A DNA stretch of 64,000 nucleotides, taken from the IMG/VR virus record IMGVR_UViG_3300034069_001614; one strand, 5' to 3'. Below are positions 8,722 through 17,618 of this stretch, piece by piece (position 1 is the first letter of the stretch; the number at the start of each line of letters is the position of its first letter). The position numbers and the translations under genes are program-made. The DNA is from a virus. The notes below the pieces were generated by a model that made no database searches, was not told where the DNA came from, and worked only from the letters and a program-made list of their open reading frames with translations.

Positions 8722-9057
8722 TTATTTACAAGGATCATGACCCCAGTTCATTAGCGAATATCGCCAGTCGCTGGTTTCCTTATTCTTAGTCGGACCACCT
8801 TGCGCGGTATGGCGAGCCACATAACTAATGACACGCTTCATGTGGTGATAGTCACCATCATCGAGTTCAGCTTTAAGCTTGCCCAAGATTTCAATGATCT
8901 GCTTACCCGATTTGTGACCAATCGATTCTGTCTCACCGCTTTTGGTTTGACCGACTTTCTTGCTGTTGTCCGTTGTTAGAAATGCTGCAATTTGTGATGC
9001 AGACATATTAACGACGTGTTTAAACTTCTTGTAGGTTTCATCATGGTCATCAGCCAC
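8722..9057 (-). CDS. DUF3140 family protein
   Basis: FxxxVNMS...SxxVG...ESIGHKSG...HMKRVISYVARH...WRYSLMNWGHDP; probable GTG start. Confidence 0.85.
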   Translation of the reverse strand: MADDHDETYKKFKHVVNMSASQIAAFLTTDNSKKVGQTKSGETESIGHKSGKQIIEILGKLKAELDDGDYHHMKRVISYVARHTAQGGPTKNKETSDWRYSLMNWGHDPCK

Positions 9058-9187
9058 AGGAGATCTCTTTCTTAACTGACCTATAGCAAGATTACCAGAA
9101 AGACATTTATCTTTCACAAGAACTAGACTTATGTTTCTCATTCAACAGCATGCATCTTCTCGCAAAATAGCAGCCACTTTCCTTTTA

Positions 9188-9418
9188 TTAAGCAGAAATA
9201 AGAATGTCATGGTGATCAAGAGTTAGCACAGAGGCCATCTCAGGCATGTTCTTCCACTTGTCAGCAAATTCTCTTGCTGCCTGTTCCCCTGGAAAAAAGA
9301 CAGGTAACCTCATCTGGTTGTATCGATCATAGCCTTGAGGACAATAATTGATGCTCACCACATGAGTGGAATCTTTTTGTCTTTCTAATGTTCCCGTGAT
9401 ATCTCCTACTGTAAACAC
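9188..9418 (-). CDS. hypothetical protein
   Basis: 76 aa ORF. Confidence 0.6.
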   Translation of the reverse strand: MFTVGDITGTLERQKDSTHVVSINYCPQGYDRYNQMRLPVFFPGEQAAREFADKWKNMPEMASVLTLDHHDILISA

Positions 9419-9431
9419 AAGTTATATCCTT

Positions 9432-9614
9432 TTATCGAGTAGCAGGAACTGAAATACAGTGGTAAGACGATGTCTTTAATCCCGTTACTTCATCTGCTGT
9501 TTGCTTCATCTTTTCACCGACAAAATAGCAGACTTGCTGATTCGGTTGAGGTGTGGGAGGCAAACACGAACTTCCGAAATGAACTTGCGAGCAAAAGATC
9601 AAAAACCACTTCAT
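9432..9614 (-). CDS. small secreted/Cys-containing protein
   Basis: MKWFLIFC hydrophobic N-term, several Cys; AAGGA RBS. Confidence 0.6.
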   Translation of the reverse strand: MKWFLIFCSQVHFGSSCLPPTPQPNQQVCYFVGEKMKQTADEVTGLKTSSYHCISVPATR

Positions 9615-9629
9615 TGTTAATTCCTTATA

Positions 9630-9836
9630 TCAAAAACCAAAGAACTTAAGAACTTTGGCAAGTCCGTGACCGATCTTGTACAACAAAATCAGAGGCCAAA
9701 TGATGATGTAAACAACAGTTGCAAAAAGATTTGCTTCCATGTCGTCTACACCGTCATGTTCCCAAATACCGTCCAAACCTGTAAAGATAATGCCTATCCC
9801 TACCCACATCAAAGAATAGCCAAGAACCGTAGACAT
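9630..9836 (-). CDS. small two-TM membrane protein
   Basis: two hydrophobic helices, IIIWPLILL motif. Confidence 0.7.
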   Translation of the reverse strand: MSTVLGYSLMWVGIGIIFTGLDGIWEHDGVDDMEANLFATVVYIIIWPLILLYKIGHGLAKVLKFFGF

Positions 9837-9921
9837 AACTATCCTTTCTTGTTTGTTGAGTCCTGAAACACGAAGAGTGATTACTCGTTCGTTTCATTGT
9901 TGTTCATGAGTAAGTCCTTTG

Positions 9922-10329
9922 TTAAAGATAAACGTATTTTTCAAAATACGCATCTCTACCATGTTGTTTCCAATACTCAGCTCGTTCTTCGGCTTCTCCC
10001 TGCGTAAAGAAAACAACACCACAACTTCTCAAGCTGCAGGAACGAGGTTCTGTTCCATCAACCAAGCTTTTACCCTTGATGTCATCATTGTTGTAGTCAA
10101 TCAAGGTAATCAAACAAGGGTGATAGGAACAGTCTTCGTAATAGGTCTTGTCTCCCTTTTCTTCTCGAACGTCATCCATTTCTTGTTTGAAACGGCGAGC
10201 TTTAGCTTTTTCATCTTTCCGATACTTTTGATACATGGAATATAAATCTCCTTTATAGAAAATCGACATCCATGAAAACTTTTTCTGGATCTTTTTATTG
10301 AATTGAGTACGGCGCTTCCAGCTTTTCAT
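9922..10329 (-). CDS. hypothetical protein
   Basis: 135 aa; YEDCSYHPCL...GKSLVDG..RSCSL..CG. Confidence 0.7.
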   Translation of the reverse strand: MKSWKRRTQFNKKIQKKFSWMSIFYKGDLYSMYQKYRKDEKAKARRFKQEMDDVREEKGDKTYYEDCSYHPCLITLIDYNNDDIKGKSLVDGTEPRSCSLRSCGVVFFTQGEAEERAEYWKQHGRDAYFEKYVYL

Positions 10330-10341
10330 CGGACTGTTTCC

Positions 10342-10764
10342 TTATAACCGTTCACCACCGTCATGATAAACAACTTCGTTGATCCACCAATTTCTGTAAA
10401 GCAAGGCGTTATCGTTAAACTTGCAAATAAAAGTAGGTTCATTACCGCGCTGAAAAGTAATAACGCTTTGGTTATCCCTAAACACATAGGTGTCATAGGT
10501 CTCATTCACTACCTTAGCGGGTTTTCCTTCCATGCAACCACGGTTCAATGCAGTGGGAGCTTTAACCATGAGCTGAGGAGCAGGAGGGCGGCTAGCCCAA
10601 CCATAGCCTATGCCGTACAAGAATAGGGCAAAAGGTAAGATAATTGTAGTAGCAAGGTAGCCGGCACTGGCGGTAAGGGCGCTTCTGACAAGGAAGCGTA
10701 ACCAAAAAGTTTTCTCGATCTCACGAACAAAGGCTTGCACCTTTGGATCGTCATCATCCACCAT
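10342..10764 (-). CDS. membrane protein
   Basis: AAGGA RBS; N-terminal TM segment followed by soluble domain. Confidence 0.7.
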   Translation of the reverse strand: MVDDDDPKVQAFVREIEKTFWLRFLVRSALTASAGYLATTIILPFALFLYGIGYGWASRPPAPQLMVKAPTALNRGCMEGKPAKVVNETYDTYVFRDNQSVITFQRGNEPTFICKFNDNALLYRNWWINEVVYHDGGERL

Positions 10765-10852
10765 GAAACTGATCCTTTACAAACACGTCCACTGAACACT
10801 ACTCTCCATCTGAACACAGATTTCAGCATGGGTAGACTTAGTAGTGGAAAAG

Positions 10853-10892
10853 GGGGTATAGCTACATGAACCACACAGGATCGCTATACCCC
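10853..10892 (-). terminator. 10-bp stem, 20-nt loop hairpin
   Basis: GGGGTATAGC...GCTATACCCC followed by CTTTT on minus strand. Confidence 0.45.
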
Positions 10893-10927
10893 AACCAACA
10901 GTTAATCGATACACGTTAAATAACTCT

Positions 10928-11500
10928 TTAAAGGTTTACGACATATTCGATCGGGTTGACTTTTTTGCCGTCAATATATATTCCAGAAGGAGCATGTAGT
11001 CCCTTGTTGATGAACGCCAACCATGACTCGTAAGATGAATTTTTACCTTCGGGATGTTCACTCAACCACTGAGCAAGTTCTTCTGCTGTTGCAAACACAG
11101 GTGAGATAGGACCTCCCTCGGTGACCGTTTGGTACATCTGAAAGTGGGTGCGCTCTTCATCAGACCACAATGGCATGTAGTTTTCTGAATCAGGCTTAGC
11201 GCCATCATATTCTTCATAAGGAGTGCCTGCATATTCAGCAGGCTTTGGTTGCCACTTCCACGTATTGGGATCGTTGTTTGACCAAGAAGGATCGCTATAG
11301 TCGATCACCTCACCACGATCCCAAGCAGCCTTGTAAGCCTCCCAGTGCTTTACATCACGCTCGTATCTGTTTCCATCAAACAAGCCGATAAAGTTTGTTC
11401 GGTGGTAATAGGATTCGTTTCCAGAATGAAGATATTCAGGCATTTCCTGATCGATAGGATGTTGCCAATCACTTCTCACACGACGAAGTTCACGACCCAT
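10928..11500 (-). CDS. conserved phage hypothetical protein
   Basis: MGRELRRV..DWQHP...YMPLW...THFQMYQTVTEGGPISPVFATAEELAQWL. Confidence 0.75.
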   Translation of the reverse strand: MGRELRRVRSDWQHPIDQEMPEYLHSGNESYYHRTNFIGLFDGNRYERDVKHWEAYKAAWDRGEVIDYSDPSWSNNDPNTWKWQPKPAEYAGTPYEEYDGAKPDSENYMPLWSDEERTHFQMYQTVTEGGPISPVFATAEELAQWLSEHPEGKNSSYESWLAFINKGLHAPSGIYIDGKKVNPIEYVVNL

Positions 11501-11595
11501 ATGCAATTCCCTTCAAATAAAAATACAGATAAGCTCACCCTTACCCAAAATCACCAATGCTGATGCTAAACATCGGGGTTAATATTTCTGGTTCA

Positions 11596-12144
11596 TCAAC
11601 CACGTGAACTCCTCAGTTGTATAGTTATGTGGTGATCATCGCTACGACCATCATTGATCTCCGAGAGAATCCTCTTCATTCGGAAGGCTTGTTCGCGATC
11701 AGAACTGTGGAGATTGATTAGCTGGAGATTGGGAAGGTAATAAAGATCAGTAAAGAATTTCTCTGCAAGCTGGGTAGCAACAACTACCCCATCTTGAGTG
11801 TTACCAAGATACCAATCTAGCGAGAGTTGCGTGACGTTGTAACGCGTGTCCACATTGTCGAGGAGACTGAAAAATTCCTTGCAGTTCTTAACCAACGTCC
11901 ACCCCTCAGGGCAAGGACGTTCATCATCAAGAAAAATCTTGACTGGGTTTAAGAGATGAGAAGAGACTTCTAAAAATCCTTCTGAATTGTCAAGGTGAAT
12001 CATCCGACCAGGGTACTGCGTCATCGTTTCAGCTTGCTTTTTCCAGCTCTGCGATACCAGATCACGTTGATGGGTGAGCGCGGTATTGCGCTTCTCACGG
12101 GGACCCTTGAATCGAGTAGGTTTACCAAGCTTCATTGATCGCAC
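11596..12144 (-). CDS. cyclic-phosphate-processing receiver domain (cREC) protein
   Basis: KIFLDDERPCPEGW...LSLDWYLG..DG...INLHSS. Confidence 0.75.
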   Translation of the reverse strand: MRSMKLGKPTRFKGPREKRNTALTHQRDLVSQSWKKQAETMTQYPGRMIHLDNSEGFLEVSSHLLNPVKIFLDDERPCPEGWTLVKNCKEFFSLLDNVDTRYNVTQLSLDWYLGNTQDGVVVATQLAEKFFTDLYYLPNLQLINLHSSDREQAFRMKRILSEINDGRSDDHHITIQLRSSRG

Positions 12145-12538
12145 CTTTCGATGAGTCTACTATTTCTATCTTATTGTTTTTACGCATGGTCACGTAATCA
12201 AGATATCCGACACGTCGCACTTCAACTTCTGTCAATGCCCAGTGTTCTTGTGTCAGATCAAAATCACTTCCTTTTAAACTGTCATCCGGTTTCACCAAGG
12301 TCCCATTATACTGATAAACAGTAGGACATGTGAAACTAGACGATAGTTCCAGAAAATTGGCCAAGATTTTAACTCCTGGCATTTCCCCAAAGGCACCAAT
12401 TGCTATTAAACACAATTCCACTGTTGGAGAGAAACATACTCTAGGAGTTTTTTTACACTCTTTTTTACAGAGAGTAAAAGGAATTTGCGGAACCAGTGTT
12501 GCGGTGAAGCCGAGATCTACTCGGGACACATGAAACAT
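12122..12538 (-). CDS. hypothetical protein, possible ADP-ribosyltransferase fold
   Basis: FHVS...PRVCFSPT..CL.AI...D...TQEHW. Confidence 0.45.
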   Translation of the reverse strand: MFHVSRVDLGFTATLVPQIPFTLCKKECKKTPRVCFSPTVELCLIAIGAFGEMPGVKILANFLELSSSFTCPTVYQYNGTLVKPDDSLKGSDFDLTQEHWALTEVEVRRVGYLDYVTMRKNNKIEIVDSSKGAINEAW

Positions 12539-12549
12539 AAGTACTCCCG

Positions 12550-12825
12550 TTAATTTACTTCTTTCCCTAAACGAACTTGCTTGATTTCCGTTCCTTTAGG
12601 GAAATAGAGGCTCTTGATTCGATAATTCATAGCGGGAATGACGTACTCCAGTTCCATGATTTCCCCCCTCGCGACTAAATCATCGATCATCTCAGGAACG
12701 TCGGTTTCAGGAGTAACAAGAGAGTTGGCGCACATGACGCCAATGGCTTTCGTTACCAGTTCAGTTCCTTTGATAGCCGTTTTACCTGTGACCAATGTCA
12801 CAATGATGTTTTCTTCTTCGGTCAT
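12550..12825 (-). CDS. hypothetical protein
   Basis: AAGGA RBS; 91 aa. Confidence 0.7.
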   Translation of the reverse strand: MTEEENIIVTLVTGKTAIKGTELVTKAIGVMCANSLVTPETDVPEMIDDLVARGEIMELEYVIPAMNYRIKSLYFPKGTEIKQVRLGKEVN

Positions 12826-12835
12826 GATTTATCCT

Positions 12836-13294
12836 TTATTTTTTCCAACGCGATTGAAGAGCTAAAGCATCCCAATACGCATTATGACGAATGGCTCCTA
12901 CAACAGTAGTAGGATAAGCATCGACGTTGTGAACTTCGAATTTAATGAGAGGTAAACCATAAGACGTCCACTCACCGTCTTCCCCCGTTGACAAAGCCAT
13001 ACAGAATCGAGCAATATCAACAGGACTGTCAGCGATAACGGTAATGTCTTCCTCACCTTTAAGAAACCAGTTAATCCACCAACCCACTTCGTTATGCGGA
13101 ACGTTCTTAGGATCAATATCCAATACGGGATGTTGGTGAAGGATGGGAACAACGTTCTCGATCACCCAAGGATCAGTCGCCACTGTATCGGTTACCACGT
13201 ACAAATTACACGCAGGTTCTTCATCACAAACCAGAGCTAAGCTAAGCAAAGGTCCTGAGTGACCATCAAATTCGCAATCAAGAAAATACCTCAT
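12836..13294 (-). CDS. 3'-5' exoribonuclease, Rv2179c-like (DEDDh)
   Basis: YFLDCEFDG..LLSLALV...ADSPVD...HNAYWDA. Confidence 0.85.
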   Translation of the reverse strand: MRYFLDCEFDGHSGPLLSLALVCDEEPACNLYVVTDTVATDPWVIENVVPILHQHPVLDIDPKNVPHNEVGWWINWFLKGEEDITVIADSPVDIARFCMALSTGEDGEWTSYGLPLIKFEVHNVDAYPTTVVGAIRHNAYWDALALQSRWKK

Positions 13295-13336
13295 AAAAAA
13301 CTCCTATGAAGCAAACACCCATCTCTTGTCAGATGA

Positions 13337-13344
13337 GTAATATA
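13337..13344 (-). promoter_or_regulatory. early promoter TATATTAC
   Basis: exact motif upstream of the exonuclease. Confidence 0.7.
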
Positions 13345-13427
13345 GGGATGTAGTGTGTTGACTTTGGTTTAATCAAACCATGTTTTACTAATAAACTATT
13401 ATAAATGTAAGTAAAAAATAAAGAACA

Positions 13428-13457
13428 AGATAGAGAGGGTGTGACCCCTCTCTATCT
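13428..13457 (-). terminator. intrinsic terminator
   Basis: 12-bp stem AGATAGAGAGGG/CCCTCTCTATCT, T-rich tail on minus strand. Confidence 0.75.
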
Positions 13458-13469
13458 ATTTGTATTGGA

Positions 13470-13871
13470 TTAAACGAGGAATGACATGTCAGGCTGTTCT
13501 GCCTGACCGATCGTGGCAAAGGCCTGATCGACCTCTAGAGCATTGTCAACTTCACTCACCACTCGGCGGTGCTTAGGCTGGCGCGGCTTAAGCCCCAGAG
13601 ATGTATCGAGATTGTAAAGGGTGGTATCGCGTACTTGGCTAAGGAAATTAATGCTGTTGCGCATCTTCTCCTTTTCATAAAGAGACCCATTGCTGTTAAC
13701 ACAGCGAACTTCTAGATCTTTGATCCGCTTGTTCATATGCACAAGCGCATGACGACGACGATCTTCCTTCATCTTCTCACGCTGGATCTGACGGGGGGAA
13801 ACAGTCTTAATAGTGGTCACGGTATTTAGATCCTTCTTCATTAATAGTGTTGATAATGTATTGGCAACCAT
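13470..13871 (-). CDS. hypothetical basic protein
   Basis: 133 aa ORF; true start uncertain. Confidence 0.6.
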   Translation of the reverse strand: MVANTLSTLLMKKDLNTVTTIKTVSPRQIQREKMKEDRRRHALVHMNKRIKDLEVRCVNSNGSLYEKEKMRNSINFLSQVRDTTLYNLDTSLGLKPRQPKHRRVVSEVDNALEVDQAFATIGQAEQPDMSFLV

Positions 13872-14163
13872 CGCGTTGTATAAGGTATTCTTGCTGATTA
13901 CCTATATTTTTTTTCCAACTCTTAAAAGCACGACGTAGTCTTCGCCGTTGTAAAAAGCTAAACTTGATTTCACAGGGTTTGTAAACATAGATACCATGTT
14001 TTACAGATAGTTTTATATCACTAGCTTGATGTTCAATGAAATACTGACCGTCACCGTACCATGTCCACTGGCTAGGATGACTAGTTAAGCTCTTACATAA
14101 AGAAGAAACAGTGTCTTCTTTAAGATTCTGTATCACGTTGTCCTGCTCTTCGGCTAAGTTCAT
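13807..14163 (-). CDS. hypothetical protein
   Basis: 118 aa ORF. Confidence 0.65.
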   Translation of the reverse strand: MNLAEEQDNVIQNLKEDTVSSLCKSLTSHPSQWTWYGDGQYFIEHQASDIKLSVKHGIYVYKPCEIKFSFLQRRRLRRAFKSWKKNIGNQQEYLIQRDGCQYIINTINEEGSKYRDHY

Positions 14164-14180
14164 GATTTGAAACCCTTGAT

Positions 14181-15311
14181 TTAGATCTTGCTGGTAGGGT
14201 AAGGATCAGGCCGTGATAGATGCGTTTGTAATTCCTTTGTGATTAGATCAGAAGTGGTTTTCGCAGCTATCTGAGACGCTTGGTTCATGGGATCATTGAT
14301 GTTGATATCAAGCTCAAGATCAATGGCCCGACGCCAATCATCCGCAAACGCTTCTTCTCGCTCCTTAGCTGGACCGGTTAGATAATCTCCTTCGATACGG
14401 TAAGCATGATGTTCCAGGGGGTTGTTGGTAACAGGATCACGATCATGGGCTGATGCCCATAGCGTGTTGTACCCCAGACGAACCACTGCATTAACTGGAT
14501 TCTTTGGTGCTGTGATCACCACTGGTCCGACTACATCAGCCCATTTACCTGACTTTTCTTCAGGGTTACTAGGAGTGGTAAGCTCCGTTATAAACAAAGA
14601 ACTATCGAGCTTGCGGAACATTTTGGTATAGATGATGCGCAAATCATCCAAGGGAATAGCAAAACGGTCATCGTGAGTTTCGTAGGTAAGCCGGTGATTA
14701 TAGCGTAGGATGTTAAGTGTAGCGATAGCTCCTAGCGCTTCAGCTACGCGCTTTTCTGGGGCGTTACCGACATAAGCTGCCCAGTAGTGAAGATACCAAC
14801 CAGATGCATCAACCCACACCTCTAGACTTGCTTTATGCCAAACACCAGGACCATCATAATCCCATCCATCTTTGAACATCTTTGTGCCCTTAGCAATAGA
14901 TTCGTCATCTATCTCTAGAGCACAAATAGGATTACGAATGGTGCGTTCATACCACTTATCGGCATTGGGTTGTGCCATCAACATCATCGGTACCGCTAAC
15001 CCAGACGAATCCATATCACCAATTTGGCGCAGTGTTTCACTAAGCGCTTGCTCAGTTAAGCGACCGCCTAAATAGTCCAGCCCGATCATTAAATGTTCAC
15101 GCGAGGCAAAGCGAATGCCTCGCCATACAGGTCGCACTCGGTGAGTGGTTGCATAGCTTTGCAGGAGTTCGTCTCCAACAGGACCCTTAGGCTTAGGAGG
15201 GGGAACTCTTTTAACGTTGGGTGCAAGATGAGCGTTCACCACACCAGGGTAAATCAAACCTGTTTCAGAATCGGTGTAAAATTGATGGTACTTATCTTTT
15301 CTGTTTCCCAT
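14181..15311 (-). CDS. hypothetical protein (376 aa)
   Basis: AGGAG RBS; own early promoter; no recognised motif. Confidence 0.8.
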   Translation of the reverse strand: MGNRKDKYHQFYTDSETGLIYPGVVNAHLAPNVKRVPPPKPKGPVGDELLQSYATTHRVRPVWRGIRFASREHLMIGLDYLGGRLTEQALSETLRQIGDMDSSGLAVPMMLMAQPNADKWYERTIRNPICALEIDDESIAKGTKMFKDGWDYDGPGVWHKASLEVWVDASGWYLHYWAAYVGNAPEKRVAEALGAIATLNILRYNHRLTYETHDDRFAIPLDDLRIIYTKMFRKLDSSLFITELTTPSNPEEKSGKWADVVGPVVITAPKNPVNAVVRLGYNTLWASAHDRDPVTNNPLEHHAYRIEGDYLTGPAKEREEAFADDWRRAIDLELDININDPMNQASQIAAKTTSDLITKELQTHLSRPDPYPTSKI

Positions 15312-15361
15312 GTTATTCTCCTGTGTAAAAAAGAGACATCAGCTAGGCTGTTCTCACAAGA

Positions 15362-15369
15362 GTAATATA
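15362..15369 (-). promoter_or_regulatory. early promoter TATATTAC
   Basis: exact motif in intergenic gap. Confidence 0.7.
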
Positions 15370-15378
15370 ACGATTGGT

Positions 15379-15639
15379 TTAGATTGGTATCGGTTGTAGC
15401 TTTTCCAAAAGAGTACGGACCTGTAGACCCAGCTCGTTTAGGCGATAAGCTTTGATCATCTGAAGTTCGGGAACAGGAGTAAGTGACATAAGTTCTTTTC
15501 GCACCAAGGAATGAATTTGGTAGAAATACTTACCATTTCCATCCCGCTGGCAATAAAGAATGGCTTGTTTTTCCTTTGGGGTTAAACCATCAACCAGTTG
15601 TTGCAGCGTTTGCACTGTTGTTGCCTTGATTGGATTCAA
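15379..15639 (-). CDS. hypothetical protein
   Basis: 86 aa ORF. Confidence 0.55.
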   Translation of the reverse strand: MNPIKATTVQTLQQLVDGLTPKEKQAILYCQRDGNGKYFYQIHSLVRKELMSLTPVPELQMIKAYRLNELGLQVRTLLEKLQPIPI

Positions 15640-15877
15640 TCAGATCGTCATTATCTATCGACATTCCTTTGGTGAGGAACTTTTCGATTCTCTCCGCGAT
15701 GTCTTTATTAACCTCTGCTTTTTCCACATGACTGTTAGTTCCCGACATGCTTGTCGCCGCACTTGCCTTTTCCATGTGGTTACGCTCATAGCGACGAAAC
15801 AATGTTGAACACTCTTTAAGGAGATTAAGCGCATCAATAAATTCTTGTTCAAGATCTTTGGTTGATTCTTTGTTCAT
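15590..15877 (-). CDS. hypothetical protein
   Basis: AGGAG RBS; 95 aa helical. Confidence 0.7.
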   Translation of the reverse strand: MNKESTKDLEQEFIDALNLLKECSTLFRRYERNHMEKASAATSMSGTNSHVEKAEVNKDIAERIEKFLTKGMSIDNDDLIESNQGNNSANAATTG

Positions 15878-15911
15878 GATTAATCTCCTTAAAGGTTTAA
15901 AAGTAAAAGAA

Positions 15912-16550
15912 TTACTTACCGCTCTTATCGCCTAACTGAGAAGCTAAGCTTTCTTCCTTGACGTCCTTGACCTTCTTGGGATCGACGTCTTCAGGACAAG
16001 GCACAGACACTGCAGCAGCTGGCAGCTCAAACGGAACGGTATTAACCTTTGACTCAATCAACGCTGTATGAGCCTCACCATTTTTAGGGTTGATCAGATC
16101 AACAATGGTTGCATCACCTGATGTCGGCGAATAAAGACCATTGGGTTCAGGTTGATCCTGTTCGTAAATGTCCCCGTAGGTATTGGGATAGGTTCCATCC
16201 GCATAAGGTACGGTAATTCGTTGGGGGTAATGCGACGCAGTGAATTGAGTACCCAGCGACACACCATACCCAAGAGCCTGACCCAGACAAATCATTCGAC
16301 CATCCATGCCTTGAGTATAGGCATAGGTCAATGTGGTCTGATCCATGTCTTCATAGGCGTTCTTCAGCAATTTCTTTTGGGCAAAGTTTACCATGCGCGG
16401 CATACCAACTTCACGATCCGCTGCATTCATGCTCTTGCGGGTGGCATCGGCCTCACGTTCGCCAGCTGGGTTAGTACCTTCAGTGTTGTAATTACACCCC
16501 ACTGTCAAGAAGGACAGAACAGCGGCAGAAACAAGATAGAAACGGTTCAT
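15912..16550 (-). CDS. phage lipoprotein
   Basis: lipobox LTVG|C; GMP.MVNF..KK...QPEPNGLYSP motif. Confidence 0.8.
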   Translation of the reverse strand: MNRFYLVSAAVLSFLTVGCNYNTEGTNPAGEREADATRKSMNAADREVGMPRMVNFAQKKLLKNAYEDMDQTTLTYAYTQGMDGRMICLGQALGYGVSLGTQFTASHYPQRITVPYADGTYPNTYGDIYEQDQPEPNGLYSPTSGDATIVDLINPKNGEAHTALIESKVNTVPFELPAAAVSVPCPEDVDPKKVKDVKEESLASQLGDKSGK

Positions 16551-16553
16551 AGT

Positions 16554-16904
16554 TTAAAACTCCTTTGCTTCAGAAAGACAGGTCTGGTTATCATCGGTCA
16601 GAGGACCATCATAAGTCGAGGCATTGCTTCGCATCAATGCTGCAACAGCTTTGCGAGAAGACATAGGACGGCTGGTATCACGCATCTGTTCACAGTAGCG
16701 AGCAATGTCGCGTTTCATGCCATCTTGATATTCAATAGAGTTGTCTCGAACTTCCTTGCGGGTTTGTTCCTTGTAGATTTGCTGAGGACGATCAGTTACC
16801 AGACCAAACCAGCTGGTAAAGAATCCAATCACCACAACAAGGAGCACGAAACAACCAAACGCGATTGCTATTCCTAGCAGTGTTTTGATATCATCATCAT
16901 TCAT
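16554..16904 (-). CDS. single-pass membrane protein
   Basis: AAGGA RBS, MNDDDIK, TM helix then helical domain with 2 Cys. Confidence 0.75.
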   Translation of the reverse strand: MNDDDIKTLLGIAIAFGCFVLLVVVIGFFTSWFGLVTDRPQQIYKEQTRKEVRDNSIEYQDGMKRDIARYCEQMRDTSRPMSSRKAVAALMRSNASTYDGPLTDDNQTCLSEAKEF

Positions 16905-17601
16905 GCGTTGATTCCTTTTTAAACAGCGGATGGGTTGGTTCGTGATAAAGTTCGGGACAATCAGCAGTGAAGCGGTATACATTCCAGATTACATGGTCAA
17001 ACCGGTAAGCAATGGTCTCTGGGTTAGTATCTCGCTGCGCAATCTCCAACTCTACCACAAGTAACGCTAACAAAAAGTAAAGGCTTTCTTGATTGAGCTT
17101 TTTATCTTTAAGATAAAGAAGCGCTCGTTCAATTGTTAGCCTAACATCATTAAGATGGATATAGGTGAAAAGATAATCATCAGCACTAACCGACTGACGC
17201 ACCCAATCGCTAAGATTAGATAACACTGTACGCAGATCATCCATGAGGTAGAATGTTACCGACTTGGAATAATCACGCGGTAAAGCGGTATCACTTAGTA
17301 TATGTAAAAAGTTATAAGCATGGCAAGCAACCGCTTTTTTAGGCTGAACACACCAACACGCTAGATCATGACCTCCCAGGTCACGGCGGATGGTGATCAC
17401 CAAAGACGGATCTTGAGTCAAGCTTTTGTAAAGATCGATACGATGAAGCGCAACGCACTCTTCTTTAGAATACTTACCTGACTTTGTACTGTAGTCATTA
17501 CCATACAAAGATGGACGTCCTACATAGATAGTATTCTGTGGAAGATTAGAGACTGTAGAAAACCAATGGACGTTGACCACTTTCGCATCGATCTTTACCA
17601 T
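16897..17601 (-). CDS. DUF4326 domain protein with C-terminal extension
   Basis: IYVGRPS.YGN...LGGHDLACWC..P..ACHA. Confidence 0.8.
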   Translation of the reverse strand: MVKIDAKVVNVHWFSTVSNLPQNTIYVGRPSLYGNDYSTKSGKYSKEECVALHRIDLYKSLTQDPSLVITIRRDLGGHDLACWCVQPKKAVACHAYNFLHILSDTALPRDYSKSVTFYLMDDLRTVLSNLSDWVRQSVSADDYLFTYIHLNDVRLTIERALLYLKDKKLNQESLYFLLALLVVELEIAQRDTNPETIAYRFDHVIWNVYRFTADCPELYHEPTHPLFKKESTHE

Positions 17602-17618
17602 GATTCTTAATCACTAAT

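Noticed and set aside
9058-9177. AAGGA-GTG, 11 codons, TGA, then ATG in frame with DUF3140 (same TGT-TGA-AT context as 54377)
   Set aside because: The extension is not protein-like and DUF3140 starts naturally at MADDH; probably chance
9881-9907. RBS plus 8-codon minigene MNNNETNE
   Set aside because: Too short to support; may be a relic or a leader peptide
10853-10892. tRNA-like start GGGGTATAGC
   Set aside because: No D arm, anticodon arm or TTC-loop cloverleaf
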